Shown: piece by piece, positions 1 through 12,880 of the stretch
Layout: each line of letters opens with the position of its first letter
Numbering within the stretch: the stretch's first letter is position 1
Source: Eledone cirrhosa
Lineage: Eukaryota
Length of the DNA: 64,000 bases
NCBI GenBank assembly: GCA_964016885.1
Contig: OZ024740.1
Span: 102,238,001 to 102,302,000 of the forward strand
Direction of reading: 5' to 3'
Made by a program: the position numbers and the translations under genes
The notes under the pieces: model-generated
Seen by the model: only the letters and a program-made list of their open reading frames with translations
What the model was told of the DNA's origin: nothing
Database searches by the model: none

Positions 1-1189
1 AAGGTTTTTGTATTCTTTAACGATTCATTAGTTCAGAACAAATATATGTAGTGGTGTATCATGAACAAGTAATGGATTATGTCTCTCTACTATGAGCACC
101 CTGAAGGATGTGTGCCTCCCACGAGAATGAGCTTCTGTCACATTTGACAATGAATGTTCCTATAGGTCACTCAATTGAACAGTTTACTCATGAAATTAAC
201 ATGCAAATGACTGAGCATTCCACAGTCATGTGAAACCTTAATGAAATCCTCAGAGATTCAGTGTGCCATAGCTTGTGACAAGGCTGGTCCTTTCAATTAC
301 AGGTACAGTCTATCTGACAGATTTTCATAGTTTCTCCACCTAGCCAGTTATATTTGCCCAAGATGTCATGCTGTGGGAAGAAAAATGTATCTAGTTTCTC
401 CAACGATCTATTGTATCTGAAAATTTTCCTTTAAATACAGTAGAACAAATATTTGTTTTTATAAAGCCTAGTTTTCAAGTTACTGTAGTAGGTTACAGAA
501 AATTATATAAGTGTGGGGAAATCTTCCAGATGAATTTCACAACAAAAAAAGAAAATTTATTTACTGTATTAAAGACTGAAATTTTCTGCTTCAAAATTTT
601 CTCCTTTAAAAACTATTATCTCAAAAGAAGGAATGTGTTATAAGAAGAATTCCATTTAACCAATGAAATGCCACTAGATTCTGTAGATTAAAATAAAAAA
701 GATATGATGATGGTTCATCTTGAGTTCACAGCTTTAATGATATAATGGACAATTTGCTAAGCAGTTTACTTTTCTGAAATTGAAACATATTTGTATTAGG
801 ACTTAAAATTCCACCTTATTCCTTCATCATAATCATCCACATCTTCAAAATGGTTTGAACAGGTTTTAAATTTTAGTTGTTTGTGTGTGAGTGTGTTATA
901 GCTCTATTTTCTTCTTCTTCAATGGAACCCATTTAAATTTCACTAACGCATCTAAAGTTTTCTTTGGCATGCCAACTACACCAATCTGACACAAGCTAAT
1001 GTCAACTTCTGAATTGTATACCATTCACTATTCAATTTAATCTACCTCTGCATTTTAAATACATTCCACTGAGATCAACTTTGTTTTACATCCTGTCAGG
1101 GTTGATAAAATAAAGTACCAATCCACTGCCTTGGATTGGCAGAATTGTTATAGATTGTGTCAAGAAATAACAAAAGAGTAACGTTCAAC

Positions 1190-1400
1190 ACAGCAGCAGG
1201 CTGGAAGAGGCCCCACATCAGATAGTTGGATGTCATTAAGGAAGATCTCCAAAAGCTCAATGTAACTTTGGAGGATGCAAAAGGGGCTGACATGGGGCTG
1301 CCAGCAATGGAGAGTACTGGTGGACCTGGTTGGCTCTTCATGATGACACCTCTGGGGACACTGACAGAAGATGACCCCAGTCCCATCAGACAAGAGCAAG
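1190..1400 (+). mobile_element. Degraded 3' end of an RTE-like LINE
   Basis: Reads ...RPHIR*LDVIKEDLQKLNVTLEDA, resembling the GRPxxRWxDxIKxDL C-terminus of RTE ORFs; contains a stop codon. Confidence 0.4.
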
Positions 1401-2847
1401 CAAATGTCAAGAATACTTTCAGTATTTCATCTGGTTCTTTGTAATCTGAGTTCAAATCTTGCTGTGACCTGTTTGGATGATGAATTAATCTATCACTCAG
1501 ATTGACACCATTATCTAGCCCTTGGTTGCCTGTAGTGGTATCCATTCTGTTGCAAGCAATCAAACTAGGTCCTTTGTTTAAAGATATATTCCTCCTTTTC
1601 ATCAGTCTCAGAAACCTTGAGAAAGGACACAGGTCCTTCTCCCTCTGTCTAAACAATAAAAAAAACTTTAACCCTCTTTGCATTCTTCAATATTGACTCA
1701 CCCCTTACCTTGTATAATTAACACTACAAGTCAACAAGTGAACATTTCAGTTGCTTGAATTTATAGAAATAGTCTCAAATCACACCATGCCATCTAAAAA
1801 ATAGGAGACACATAACCAGAATAATGTAGAAGTGGGAACATTACAGCTACAAAAAAAAAAGGAGATTCATGGTTCAAATGCTTCCATTCATAGATCTGCT
1901 CAGTAAGGGCTACACAACAGCCTACAACTAACTCACAAAACTTTGTCACTCAGCAAGTTACCATTCATTCCCATTGCCCAGCTTACAAATACTAGATGGC
2001 ACCTTTGAAACAACCATTTCTTTACTCCCTGTTCACAGCCTGAACCTTAAATCTACAGAACAAATACAAAAGTTAAACAAGACCATACTCAAACTACCAG
2101 AGCATATGTAGTAATTTGTGTATTAACTACTTATGGATTTAAATTATTGCATATATCAATTTTGGGTTATTTATTGTCTATGTAGAGAATATATAGTTTA
2201 TTTAGTCATTGCTTTTCAGTTTTCTATACAATTTACAGTTAAATATATTATTGACTTGTAAGCAGTGTCTGTTTTTGTTATTATAATAGAACTCTTCAGC
2301 TGTGTCAAAGACATGACAACCTTCCTAATGATGTTGACACAATAAAACACACCCAGTGCTCTCTATAGAGCACAGGCACATATGTAAGCACGATGCAGGT
2401 CCCTGGCCTATCTAGGAGATCAGTAATTCTGATTAAGTACCAATTTCGTCTGTAACAACTCGTCCAGCCTTAGGTAGCAAGCAAAACAGACTTTAAATGA
2501 TGATATATATAAACCTATAGATTTTAACACCATCACTGCATGTGTAAACTAATTAAAATCAAATTGACATAGTCTTAAATAGTTGTCTATTTGTCTATAC
2601 TATTTCATTATGAACAGAAAAACAAGGATCAACTTGACTATAGTTTCAAATGTTATTGTTCTTCACTCTACCTTAAAACTGCATTATCAAGGCATTCTTG
2701 AAAAGTACAAAACATCACAATGAATGCATCTGGTTTTATCTTTGTCACTTGTAATGAACCATGTGCTCTTTGACATAAGTGACAAATGATAATGAGGATT
2801 AAAGTTATATCTGTATAAATACAGAGTGTGTAACTGAGACTGCACCA

Positions 2848-2877
<30 letters not shown>

Positions 2878-2885
<8 letters not shown>

Positions 2886-3090
2886 ATACTTTGGGAGGGT
2901 CATGTTGCCAATAAGAAACACACGCACCAGTTGCTTTCACTTCAATTTAATTTAATATATATTTATAAATTTACAAATTTATAAATTTATAAATTTCTGG
3001 TTGGTTTATATATTAAATTAAATTGAAGTGAAAGCAACTGGTGCGTGTGTTTCTTATTGGCAACATGACCCTCCCAAAGTATAACAATAT
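2878..3090. repeat. Perfect ~84-bp inverted repeat next to (TA)n
   Basis: 2878-2961 is the reverse complement of 3007-3090. Confidence 0.9.
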
Positions 3091-3144
3091 CGGTTTCAAC
3101 ACACGATTTCAGATAAAGAATCTTGCTAAACAAATTCAGAAACG

Positions 3145-3188
<44 letters not shown>

Positions 3189-3191
<3 letters not shown>

Positions 3192-3760
3192 GTTATGTAA
3201 TAAACACCATAAGGCAATTGTTCCATTTACCAGTGGTTTCTTAAAAGCAAAAGATTTTGCTTTCAATCCTCAGAATGAAAAAATCCTGGTCTGTTTATTG
3301 AATTTGGATTTTAAGAAACCACTGGTAAATGGAATAATTGCCTTATGTTGTTTATTACATAACTATTAAGCTCTGTTACCTACATAGAACGCTCTTTTTT
3401 CCTGGACCTTTCCGACGGAATTACTTCATTTATACAGCTCCAACCGGGATTGATTGAAGCATATTCTATATTACATATACGATTGGCACTTTCCAGCCCG
3501 ATTAGTTGAGCACTCTACAGTTTTCAGGAATTTAACCAACATACACCATGGATCTTTATGAATTGGATTATTCAAAATCCAAATTCAATAAACAGACCAG
3601 GATTTTTTCATTCTGAGGATTGAAAGCAAAATCTTTTGCTTTTAAGAAACCACTGGTAAATGGAATAATTGCCTTATGTTGTTTATTACATAACTATTAA
3701 GCTCTGTTACCTACATAGAGCACTCTTTTTTCCTGGACTTTTCCGACGGAATTACTTCAT
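3189..3760 (+). mobile_element. Rearranged terminal-repeat (pLTR-like) fragment, probably Penelope-like
   Basis: Direct repeat 3309-3429/3640-3760 and inverted repeat 3189-3312/3574-3697. Short ORF start MDLYELDYSK at 3548 resembles PLE ORF N-termini. Related sequence at 46219-46345. Bounded by (TA)n. Confidence 0.5.
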
Positions 3761-3782
3761 ATATATATATATATATATATAT

Positions 3783-3820
3783 AATCGATTTTTGGATCTA
3801 ATTTGACCCTCATCAGATGG
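3783..3820 (-). ncRNA. Degenerate minimal type I hammerhead ribozyme
   Basis: Minus strand CUGAUGA-GGGUC-AAAUUA-GAUCC-aAA-AAUCGAUU-A: paired stem II, palindromic stem III, GAAA mutated to AAAA, stem I 3' strand replaced by (TA)n. Confidence 0.6.
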
Positions 3821-4711
3821 CATGTATATCATCACACTTAGTATTATTCTGAAATGGATGTATTAATTTGCATATAATTAGCGTTTGTGATGGTAATTAA
3901 GTAAGATATATATTAAGAAGTGCGCTATCACGTAAAAAGTATGATAAAATTGTATCTGTATAAATACAGAGTATGAAACCAAGACTGCTCCAAATTGAAT
4001 AAATATATACATGTATCTAATATATATATGTATACATTCTTTTACCTAGTCTGAGGAGGTCTATGACTATGCTGGAGCCACCATATGTGTGTGTGTCTGT
4101 ATCTGTGTGTGTGTGTTTATGTCTGTGTGTATTCATATACACATAGTTAATTATGTAAGTGTTGCCAATTGCTTGAATTTTTATTGATTTCATAAAGGAG
4201 ACATGAAGCTTTAAACTGTTAAGTGAAGAAACAAAGTGAGATGGTTTGAGGCTCATAGGCCCTATGTAAATGAATCAGTTCCAACTAAGGAATCCCCATA
4301 GAATAATAGACTTCTACTGGAAGTTTGTAATGATGTTAAGGTCATTATCAAAATCAAGTAAATTGTCCCAGCTAGGGATTGGAACCAGATCACTGATATG
4401 ATTCATTAAAAACTTACTACACAATGGGAATGAACTTGCCTCAGACTCAATAATGAATGTTCCAGTTGTTTGTTTAATGACATATCCTACTCATAAAAGA
4501 AACATGTAAGTGGCTAAACATTTAGCAAGTTTCAGTGTAACAGTGTAAGACAAGGCTGGCTCTTTGAATTACAAGTAGTCTATCCAACAGGCTTCCAAAC
4601 AGTTTCTGTCTACCAAATTTCACTCACAAGGCATGAGCCAATCCAAGGCTATTGTAAGTGATTCACATATTTTACATTGTGTATATCTGCCTGCTACCAG
4701 TACAATCCGCT

Positions 4712-4870
4712 TCATGGTCGAGTGGTCAGCAACTAAAGTGGCTCCCTTACCAGACCCTGGTCTGGTGAAGAGGGTAAGTGGAACCTAAGCATCACAAAAA
4801 AACATGAGCTGTTAAAAAAGGCAGATGAACTCCTCAGAGATAAGGGCAATACTCCAACGATGGCTTCACC
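4712..4870 (+). mobile_element. Diverged homolog of the RTE-like 5' leader at 37024
   Basis: Colinear blocks TCATGGTCG..ACTAAA.TGGC..ACCA..TGGTGA.GAGGGT..CTGT.AAA..GGCA..CTC..GAG shared with 37024-37157. Confidence 0.55.
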
Positions 4871-5430
4871 AACCTGCAATTGACCAAGCGTAATGAATAC
4901 AGCTACACCCCTGACATGACCAAAACATAACAGAAAATTATGAAAATCAACCAGGGTGACAGGATTCTTCAACAGGAGTGAAATTGGATTAGATTGGATA
5001 TCACATAAAATTCCTACCTACTTTTTCTGCATATTTCTGTTATGTATCAGGGTCATCTTTACCAATTACTAAAATTTTGGATTTTGGTAAGTATGTAGAT
5101 TTGTATATATGTGTGTGTGCCCATATCTGAGTTTACGATTACTGTTTGTTTATGTTCCATAACTTAGCTGTTTAAATAAGTAGCAGACTTCAAAAAATAT
5201 GTATTAGAGTTGGTATAATTGACTAAATTTTCTTCAATGTACTGTCGCATGGCTGACCAGGTACAGCCAAATGACTGATACCAGCAAAACAATAAAAGAA
5301 TACACACACATAAACACATACATATAATATTTACACCCTACCTTCAAGTATTGAGTGCAAATCTAGTTAATGTTAGTATGTCTTATGTACTAAGGTACTT
5401 TAGGCAACCATTCTAATATGTATATATATA

Positions 5431-6052
5431 ATAGGTAAAACTTCGATTTATACCTATTCTTGTCGATTTGTCTTTTGGATCGACTCCCTCCCCCCCCCCC
5501 TCTCTCTCCATTTGGTTGTTTTCGGTCTTGTCACACGTGTCATAAAACCCTTTTGGATTAACTCCCTTTCCCTTCTCCTCCCTCTTTCTCTGTCCTTCTT
5601 GCTCACCCCCTCTCACTTCCAGATCCTCCATCTTTCTCTCTCTCCCCTCATTTTACTGAGATCGCCACGGAAAAACCTTGCTCCGCTGTTATCACTGCTA
5701 ATGGGCTTATACCCATCAGCGTACTATAACTTATTCCACTTTCTCTTCGGTTACTTTACATACATGTGCCATTGTCCTGTGTCCCAACTTATATCAGTAT
5801 GTTTACTTTTTCCTCTTTTCCTTTTTTTCTTCTTCCTCTCTCTTCAATATTACTTCTTTCCCTCATGGCCTTTTGATGAATAAAAGGCCATGGGTGCACT
5901 ACAGATCGATCTTCCGTTTTAAGCACCGAAACATCTAAGATCTGTAGTAAACAGCTGATGAAGAGATACTTTTCTTCTCTTGTTTACGTCCCGTTTACCT
6001 TCTAACCCATCGTTTTCAGTAACAACACAGCCTAACTCTTCACCTGTAATTT
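5431..6052 (+). mobile_element. Non-coding, (TA)n-flanked PLE-UTR-like insert carrying a permuted hammerhead
   Basis: Bounded by (TA)n, pyrimidine-rich, same layout as 28812-29302; PLE origin is inferred. Confidence 0.5.
5859..5966 (+). ncRNA. Non-circularly permuted hammerhead-like RNA, copy 1 (partly degenerate)
   Basis: GAAA 5928-5931 precedes CUGAUGA 5955-5961. Helices: 5898-5907/5939-5948, 5893-5897/5923-5927, 5864-5874/5882-5892, 5908-5912/5931-5935 (1 mismatch), 5914-5919/5949-5954 (1 mismatch). Confidence 0.65.
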
Positions 6053-6065
6053 TATATATATATAT

Positions 6066-6213
6066 AGAATTTTGAACACCTGCATTGGACCTTCACAATA
6101 ATCCTTGTTGTAAATATATTCTGTCACTGATTTACAAATTATATTTGGAAGTAAGCATATAGCGTTGGGTGCTTAAACGAATTGCATCATTATTCACTGA
6201 TTTTTATAGTATA

Positions 6214-6270
<57 letters not shown>

Positions 6271-6642
6271 TTAATATAAAAATTGTTTCTACTTTTGGCA
6301 CAAGGCCAGCAATTACCCAGTGCATTACTGGTACTTTATTTCATCGACCCCGTGAGGATGAAAGGCAAAGTTAACCTCGGCGGGATTTGAACTCAGAATG
6401 GCAAGAGACGTAACTCTATGCGTCAAAGCATGGCGTCCGACCCTCTACCGATACTGCCAATCCACAAAAATGTTGACTAATCAGGATTGAGTATGCAACA
6501 CTCCAATCAGTGAATAATGATGCAATTTGTCTTAAGCACCCAACGCCATATGCTTTCTTCTAAATATAATTTATAAATCAGTGACAGAATATATTTACAA
6601 CAAGGATTATTGTGAAGGTCCAATGCAGGTGTTCAAAATTCT
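6066..6642. repeat. ~137-bp imperfect inverted repeat enclosing (TA)n and a SINE
   Basis: 6066-6202 is reverse-complementary to 6505-6642 with several mismatches. Confidence 0.9.
6281..6465 (-). mobile_element. tRNA-derived SINE (family A)
   Basis: Pol III A box TGGCAGTATCGG and B box GAGTTCAAATCC on the minus strand; central GCCTTTCATCC..GGGGTCGAT.AAATAAAGTACC block; multiple copies in window. Confidence 0.85.
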
Positions 6643-7224
6643 TTTATTCATAAAGCTGTGATATATATTTCAATGGTGATCATGGCTATATGATGTTTTG
6701 ATAATGCCAGCAGTAACACTACACCATCAAACAGTATCTTATGCAATAAGGTTATGTTTTCAATGCAATACAAGCTAAAAGACAGGGGAACTGACTGATA
6801 TGGTGTTTACACCACATAATTCTGTTCAGGCTTCAGTAGTGTAAACAGACCTTTGCAATTAGCCTTATTGTCACCTCCAGCCTTCTCAAAACATTTTTTT
6901 TTCAAAACTCCTATGTTCCAACCTTTATTTTCTCCTGAGGAAGGACTTATGTCCAAAATGTCAAACCCTCTTCTACTTTCTCCTAAGTGTGATACTAATA
7001 AGACTTTGTGTTTTTGCATCTCTGTTTGTCTAGTCATTTCTTGAACTATATATATATATATATATATATCCCAGAAAAAAAGAGAATCAGTGTTGCAACA
7101 AATTTATTGGACATATTACAATCGTTTCTCTGGCAACCAGCTCTGTGATATCATACTCTGCTCTATGAGAGAATCGAGTGCTCATACGGTCTACTGCATA
7201 CGGACGCTTTAAGCATCCAACACC

Positions 7225-7259
<35 letters not shown>

Positions 7260-7262
<3 letters not shown>

Positions 7263-7853
7263 TCATCATCATCATCATCATCGTTTAACGTCCATCTTCC
7301 ACGCTAGCATGGGTTTGGACGGGAATTTTCCCACTTGAGGCAAGATTGGTTGTCCTGCTCGTATAGGACTGTCTGGCGGGTTTTCTACGGCTGGATGCCC
7401 TTCCTAACACCAACCACGTTTACAGTGTGGACTGGGAGGTTTTTACTGTGTTACCTACACGGCCACATTACAGCGTGGACTGTGTGTTTTTTTTTCGTGA
7501 CACCTACACGACCTCATTTATTTCAGACTGGATGTTGTGGTACCAACATAACTTTAAATCGAAAGGGGTGGTGTGGATGGGGGGGGTGTATTGTTGTTAA
7601 GAGGTGCCTACTGACTGTAGGTTTCGCTTTGTACTTAGGCAAGGCGGATCTTCTGTATTACTGTGTAGCGCCAAAGATCTCGGTCCAGTGACATTGTCTT
7701 GGAGAGGTGTAAGTGTGTGAGGTCGGAATTTATCAAGTCGTCCCAGGTTTTTCTGGGTCTGCCTACTCTGTGGCTACCGTCTATTTTTATCGCCCTGCAC
7801 TTCTTTATGCAGCTGTCGTCTTCCATGCGCATCACGTGACCATACCAACGTAG
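7260..7853 (-). mobile_element. 5'-truncated RTE LINE
   Basis: RWYGHVMRM..GRPRKTW C-terminus, 3'UTR GTTAGGAAGGGCATCCAGC motif, (GAT)n tail. Confidence 0.9.
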
Positions 7854-7933
7854 TGATATATATATATATATTTATCAAAGCCCCTATATCAAAGTGATAT
7901 ATATATATATATTTATCAAAGCCCCTATATCAA
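7854..7933. repeat. ~40-bp tandem duplication at the RTE 5' junction
   Basis: GTGATATATA..TTTATCAAAGCCCCTATATCAA occurs twice. Confidence 0.8.
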
Positions 7934-8150
7934 TGGAACCAAGACATTCGAACTGTAGCCAAGAGGTGGCTAATATTGAAGAACTCATTAGAGCCTAACA
8001 CATGCCTTAATGCTAGAAGTGAACTATGAAAACCGTTCCTGCACAGCACCAATTGCCATGTATATTAAGTATGGCGATGATGATGATATATATATATACA
8101 GAGAAAGAGAGAGAGAGAAACTAAATTGACTTAAACATATTGGTTTTCAA

Positions 8151-9266
8151 TCATCATCATCATCATTTTATGTCCGCCCTTCCCTGCTTGCAAGGGTGAG
8201 ACGGGTCTTATTCAGCACAGCATCTCTCCACTTGTCACGGTCCTTCGTCATCTGCACCGTGAGCTTCAGCAATCTGAGGTCTGTTCTCACCACCTCCGCC
8301 CATGTTTTTCGTGGTCTACCTCTGCCACGTCTTCCTTCAACTGGCATTTCCTGGCACTTATTCATCCATCGGTCATCCTCCATGCGCATCACATGTCCAT
8401 ACCACCTCAGTCTCCTCTCTCGCACACTACATTCTATGCCTCTTAGACACAGTTTCTCTCTCAACACATTCATGCTGGGTCGTTCACGCACATTGACACT
8501 GCACATCCAATGGAGCATGCTTGCCTCATTTCTCTCCAGCCATCGCATATCCTCTGCAGTTGCTGCCCATGTCTCACTACCATGCAGCATCGCGCATCTC
8601 ACACAGGCATCATATAACCGGTCTCGGAACACCCCCGTCCCATGCTAATCTGATCTCCTAGGTACCGGAAGCTATCCACCACTTCTATAGCACCTGCCTG
8701 CATTTGAAAAATGTGTCTATCAATGCGACTTCTACTGTCTAATTACCCTGTACATCTACTGCAAACATATTTCTCCCTATCTGTTACTTTTCCTGCTATC
8801 CCGCTACATCTCTTGTGTACCCAGGATCTGCATTGTGTGCATTTTATAGAATTTATGCCAGTTCCTCTTCTGCATATCGAACATGGCCATTTCCCTGATG
8901 GAATCAGAGTTTTGTCCTCTTTTCTACTCATCAACACTTTTGTCTTAGCTAGATTCACTCTCAGTCCTCTTGCTTCCAACTGCTGTTTCCATAGCCAGAA
9001 TTTATTCTCTAGCTCCTTTACTGATTCTGCTATAAGAACCAGATCGTCAGCATAGAGAAGTTCCCATGGACAGCCAGTCTTAAACTCCTCTGTTATGGCT
9101 TGGAGGACTATAATGAACAAGAGCGGGCTGAGGACCGAACCTTGATGTACTCCTACTTGTATCTGGAATTCCTCACTAAACTCCATTCCTACCCTGACTT
9201 TACTGACAGTACCTCTGTACAAAGTGTGCACTGTCCTCACAAGCCATTCCTCAATACCTAGTTTCC
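8151..9266 (-). mobile_element. 5'-truncated RTE LINE, short-3'UTR subfamily (RT pseudogene)
   Basis: ORFs 8743-9282 (QGSVLSP, YADD, zinc finger) and 8168-8632 (GSETW, LRWYGH, GRPRKTW); internal deletion; (GAT)n tail. Confidence 0.92.
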
Positions 9267-10338
9267 ATTTCAATATATACATATAAAGAGGGAGAGAGAG
9301 GGATTGGAAATCATCATCATCATCATTTGACTATATGTGTGTATACACATTTACATAGGTATAGAACATGTTACTCTATAATACTGGGTTATAGGAACCT
9401 ACATGCCTGTAGTCAGTACCTGTAGCACTTTCGAAAAACTTGTATTTCTATACCATTTGTTAGGAACTGTTTAAAATATATATTTTTAGAAAGAAATTAA
9501 ATAGATGGAACAAATAAGCCACATGTGTGTTGGTGTATGTGAGAGAGAGAGAGAGTGAGAGTGTGTGTGTGAGAGAGACAGAGAGGAATGGTGTTAGAAA
9601 GGGTGAGAGATATAGAGGTAAAGGGATATTAGAGCAAGAGTGAGAGAAGTGAAAGCTGTGATATGTGTGAGCAGCAGTGTGTTTGTGTGTAACTGTATGT
9701 GTATACATGCATGGTGTGTCTGTGTGTATCTGTCTGTCTGCTTGCCAGTATGTATGTATACTATTTATCATTTAGAAAGCTTTTTAACTAATGGTGAACA
9801 GTGAGAGACTATATATGTCTGGTCTACCTTCAGAAACTTCCACCAGCCTCTTCTCTCATTTCACACCATTCCTACAGCAAATGCAGTAGTAGCTCAACAC
9901 ACAAAATAAGATTTGGGTAAAAAAAAAGACAAACAAACATCAATAACAACAGCAAAGAACCTAAAAACTCTCCAATACAAATATACTTGACAAAGAAACT
10001 GATAGCTTAAAGGATGGATGTATTTTGGAAATTAGCAGATTTTACAGCAGAGAAGCTAGAGTGGAATTAATCAATTTCAAATCAAATTTTAAGTAAGTTA
10101 TCCATTTATATATGCATCTATCTGGCTCTTCTACCATTTCCACCCTCATTCCCCCTACTCCTTACTAAACTTGGCAACTTCTACAACTATATTTATGATT
10201 TCATTTCAAGTTCAACTGCTAAGAGTAGATTACTACAATCCACTATTTCCATTTTCAGAACAGAGCTTATAATATTTTACATATTTTTATAATTTGTTCT
10301 GTTATATTGAGAACCAAGTTGTTTAAGTCAATACACTT

Positions 10339-10375
10339 TCTCTCTCTCTCTCCCCCCCCCCTCTCTCTCCCTCTC

Positions 10376-10461
<86 letters not shown>
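10339..10461. repeat. (CT)n microsatellite
   Basis: Direct observation. Confidence 0.95.
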
Positions 10462-10464
<3 letters not shown>

Positions 10465-12631
10465 TGGTGGGGGAAGGCTTTTTCAGATTTACCAAAAGTA
10501 CTGTTGGTGCCAAAATGAAAAAAAGCATAATAGACAAAGAAACATTCCCTCCCCTATTCTATTTTAACTCTTAGCAAAGTCTTCTTTTTGCCTGTTGATA
10601 GCCTCAAATATGTTTTTAAATCTCCATATTATTCTTTGTGATTTATTATAGAAACTATTTTTGTTCCAATTATATATATATATATAAAATTCTTTAGAAT
10701 GTGCAAAACTAATCCCTCATTCTCTTTATATAAAGTATCAAATTATTTCTGCTGTTTTGTTCCCCCATTGTGAATTTCTGAAAAAAGCTTCTCTGCAGAT
10801 ATTTGTTTTCTAAATAGTTTCACTCTTTTCTCTCTTTTACTATATAATTCTTTAATAGTGTTCTTTGATTTTAGTGAGGATATTCTTAGAATACTTTACT
10901 TTATTTATTTTAATTTTCGTTTTCAAAGAATGAATTGTATATAACTTTGGTTCCAAGTTGAAATCTTGCCAGTAATAGCTACACACATGAGAAGATATTA
11001 CAAAGTGTAATTGTGTAGGCAGAGTTCCTCCCTACTTCTTGTTATCATTATGCTTTCATCAACCATATTGATAATACTGGTATGTTTGTTTAAACCCCGG
11101 CTAGATTTGTTTAGTCCCTTTTCTCCCTTTCTATAAAATTCCAACATCTCTAACGCTTTTGTGATCATATTTCTAATAAAAGACACTGCATATGATTTTC
11201 AAATAATTTTGAAAATAATCAAGAATTTGAAGGAATTTAGTCATATAACTAACTTTCTCTTTTTTTAAACTGGTGTTTAGAACATAACTTAACAAAGGTT
11301 CGTACATGAAATTATGATGGAATTCTTTTAGATGAATCTAAACATTTTAAAGTAAACAGCTTTGTATCGTAGAACCAGGGGCGGTTTGATATCAAAACAC
11401 TAATTTCAATTACATTTCCTTCCATTCAAGTTCTTTTTTAAGAGGTTAAACCCTACTTTGAAAAATTAAATATGATAAAATCTACAATAAACACATCGTA
11501 TAACTATTTATATTCCTTCACTGAAAGTTTACACCAAGAGAAAAAGTTATTTTAATCATTTGTATTTAAAGTAAATTGAGGTAGTTTTAGAATCATAAAA
11601 GTTGTTCCTAGTTTTTAAGATTCTCAACAAGTTTTGCTAGTTAATAAATGTAAAATCTTTCTTGAAAGTAGTATATTAATATCCAATTCTGGAATAATGA
11701 TTGTATTGCTTATTCAAGAACATGTGCTGTGAGGTTAAGCTGATAATGTTTGGCGCCATGAAAATGTAGCAGTGTTCTTTGTTTACAGCATTTTCCTGGA
11801 TGATAATTTCTTTCATATGCTGACTTTGTGTACCTTCTTCACTGCTGTTGACATAATATCATATCCAGGATGGATACAATATAATGTAATATAATATAAT
11901 ATAATATAATATAATATAATATAGTATATATGTACATATAGAAAGAGAGAGAAAGTGAAAAAGTTTAATCTGGCTTTTAATAATATCTTATTTCTAAGAT
12001 GTACAAAGCTTTCAAAAGTAAGGTGAGAAAGACTTATACTTGGCACTGCTACCATCAACACCACCATCATCATAACCACTACCCCCACCACCTCCACTGC
12101 TACGCCTGTCCCCCTTCACCTTTGCACAATCACCCAAGTAAATAGATTGGGCGGTAAAAACTATTGTTTTGGATATTTCCAAAACAAAAGGTGTTTCAAA
12201 TAATTCCACTTAAGGTTTTTATCTATGTTGTGATTATAGAGGGAAATAACTGGAGCAATATATAATAACTAACACAAGTTTATGTATTTAGAGAAATCAT
12301 ATAGTTGTGTTTGTTCAGTAAGATAATACAACATAAACGGTACATCTCAGCGAAGAGTTTTTCTTTGTTTTAAAATAAAAAATAATGGCTCTCTTTTCAA
12401 GATTTCATTGTATACAACTAGATGTTCTGTTATGTATAAAGTCAATAGAAGCGAAATTCAATTAATATGTACCAAAGAATTCATCTAGAATTCTTCAGTG
12501 TAAATATTTTCTTAGCCTGATGAAAATTGATGAAGATTATTTGATAATGGCTTTGTTCATCTCATGTTCACAGGAAAGAAATGTATATATTTAACTGGCT
12601 ACATCTAAATATTGAGCATCAGGTAACATGC

Positions 12632-12695
<64 letters not shown>

Positions 12696-12734
12696 CAAAT
12701 TCATATATAGATAGATAGATCGATAGATAGATAC

Positions 12735-12880
12735 ATGGTTGGTGTTAGGAAAGGCATCCAGCTGTAAAATTCCTGGCCAAATTTACTATGCTGTCGAAGC
12801 AAGGTATGGTATGGCCAATTCTGGCCAAACTTGTCTCCTGACATGTTCGACCCATCTAACCCGTGCAAGCATGAAAAATT
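12735..12880 (+). mobile_element. RTE 3'UTR remnant
   Basis: TGGTTGGTGTTAGGAAAGGCATCCAGCTG and terminal CCCGTGCAAGCATG stem-loop. Confidence 0.7.

Noticed and set aside
1096-1683. 195-aa ORF
   Set aside because: No recognisable domain; partly antisense to an RTE remnant.
3613-3642. CTGAGGA-TT-GAAA-GCAAAA..TTTTGC-TT hammerhead-like string
   Set aside because: No stem II and no stem I adjacent to the core; may be chance.
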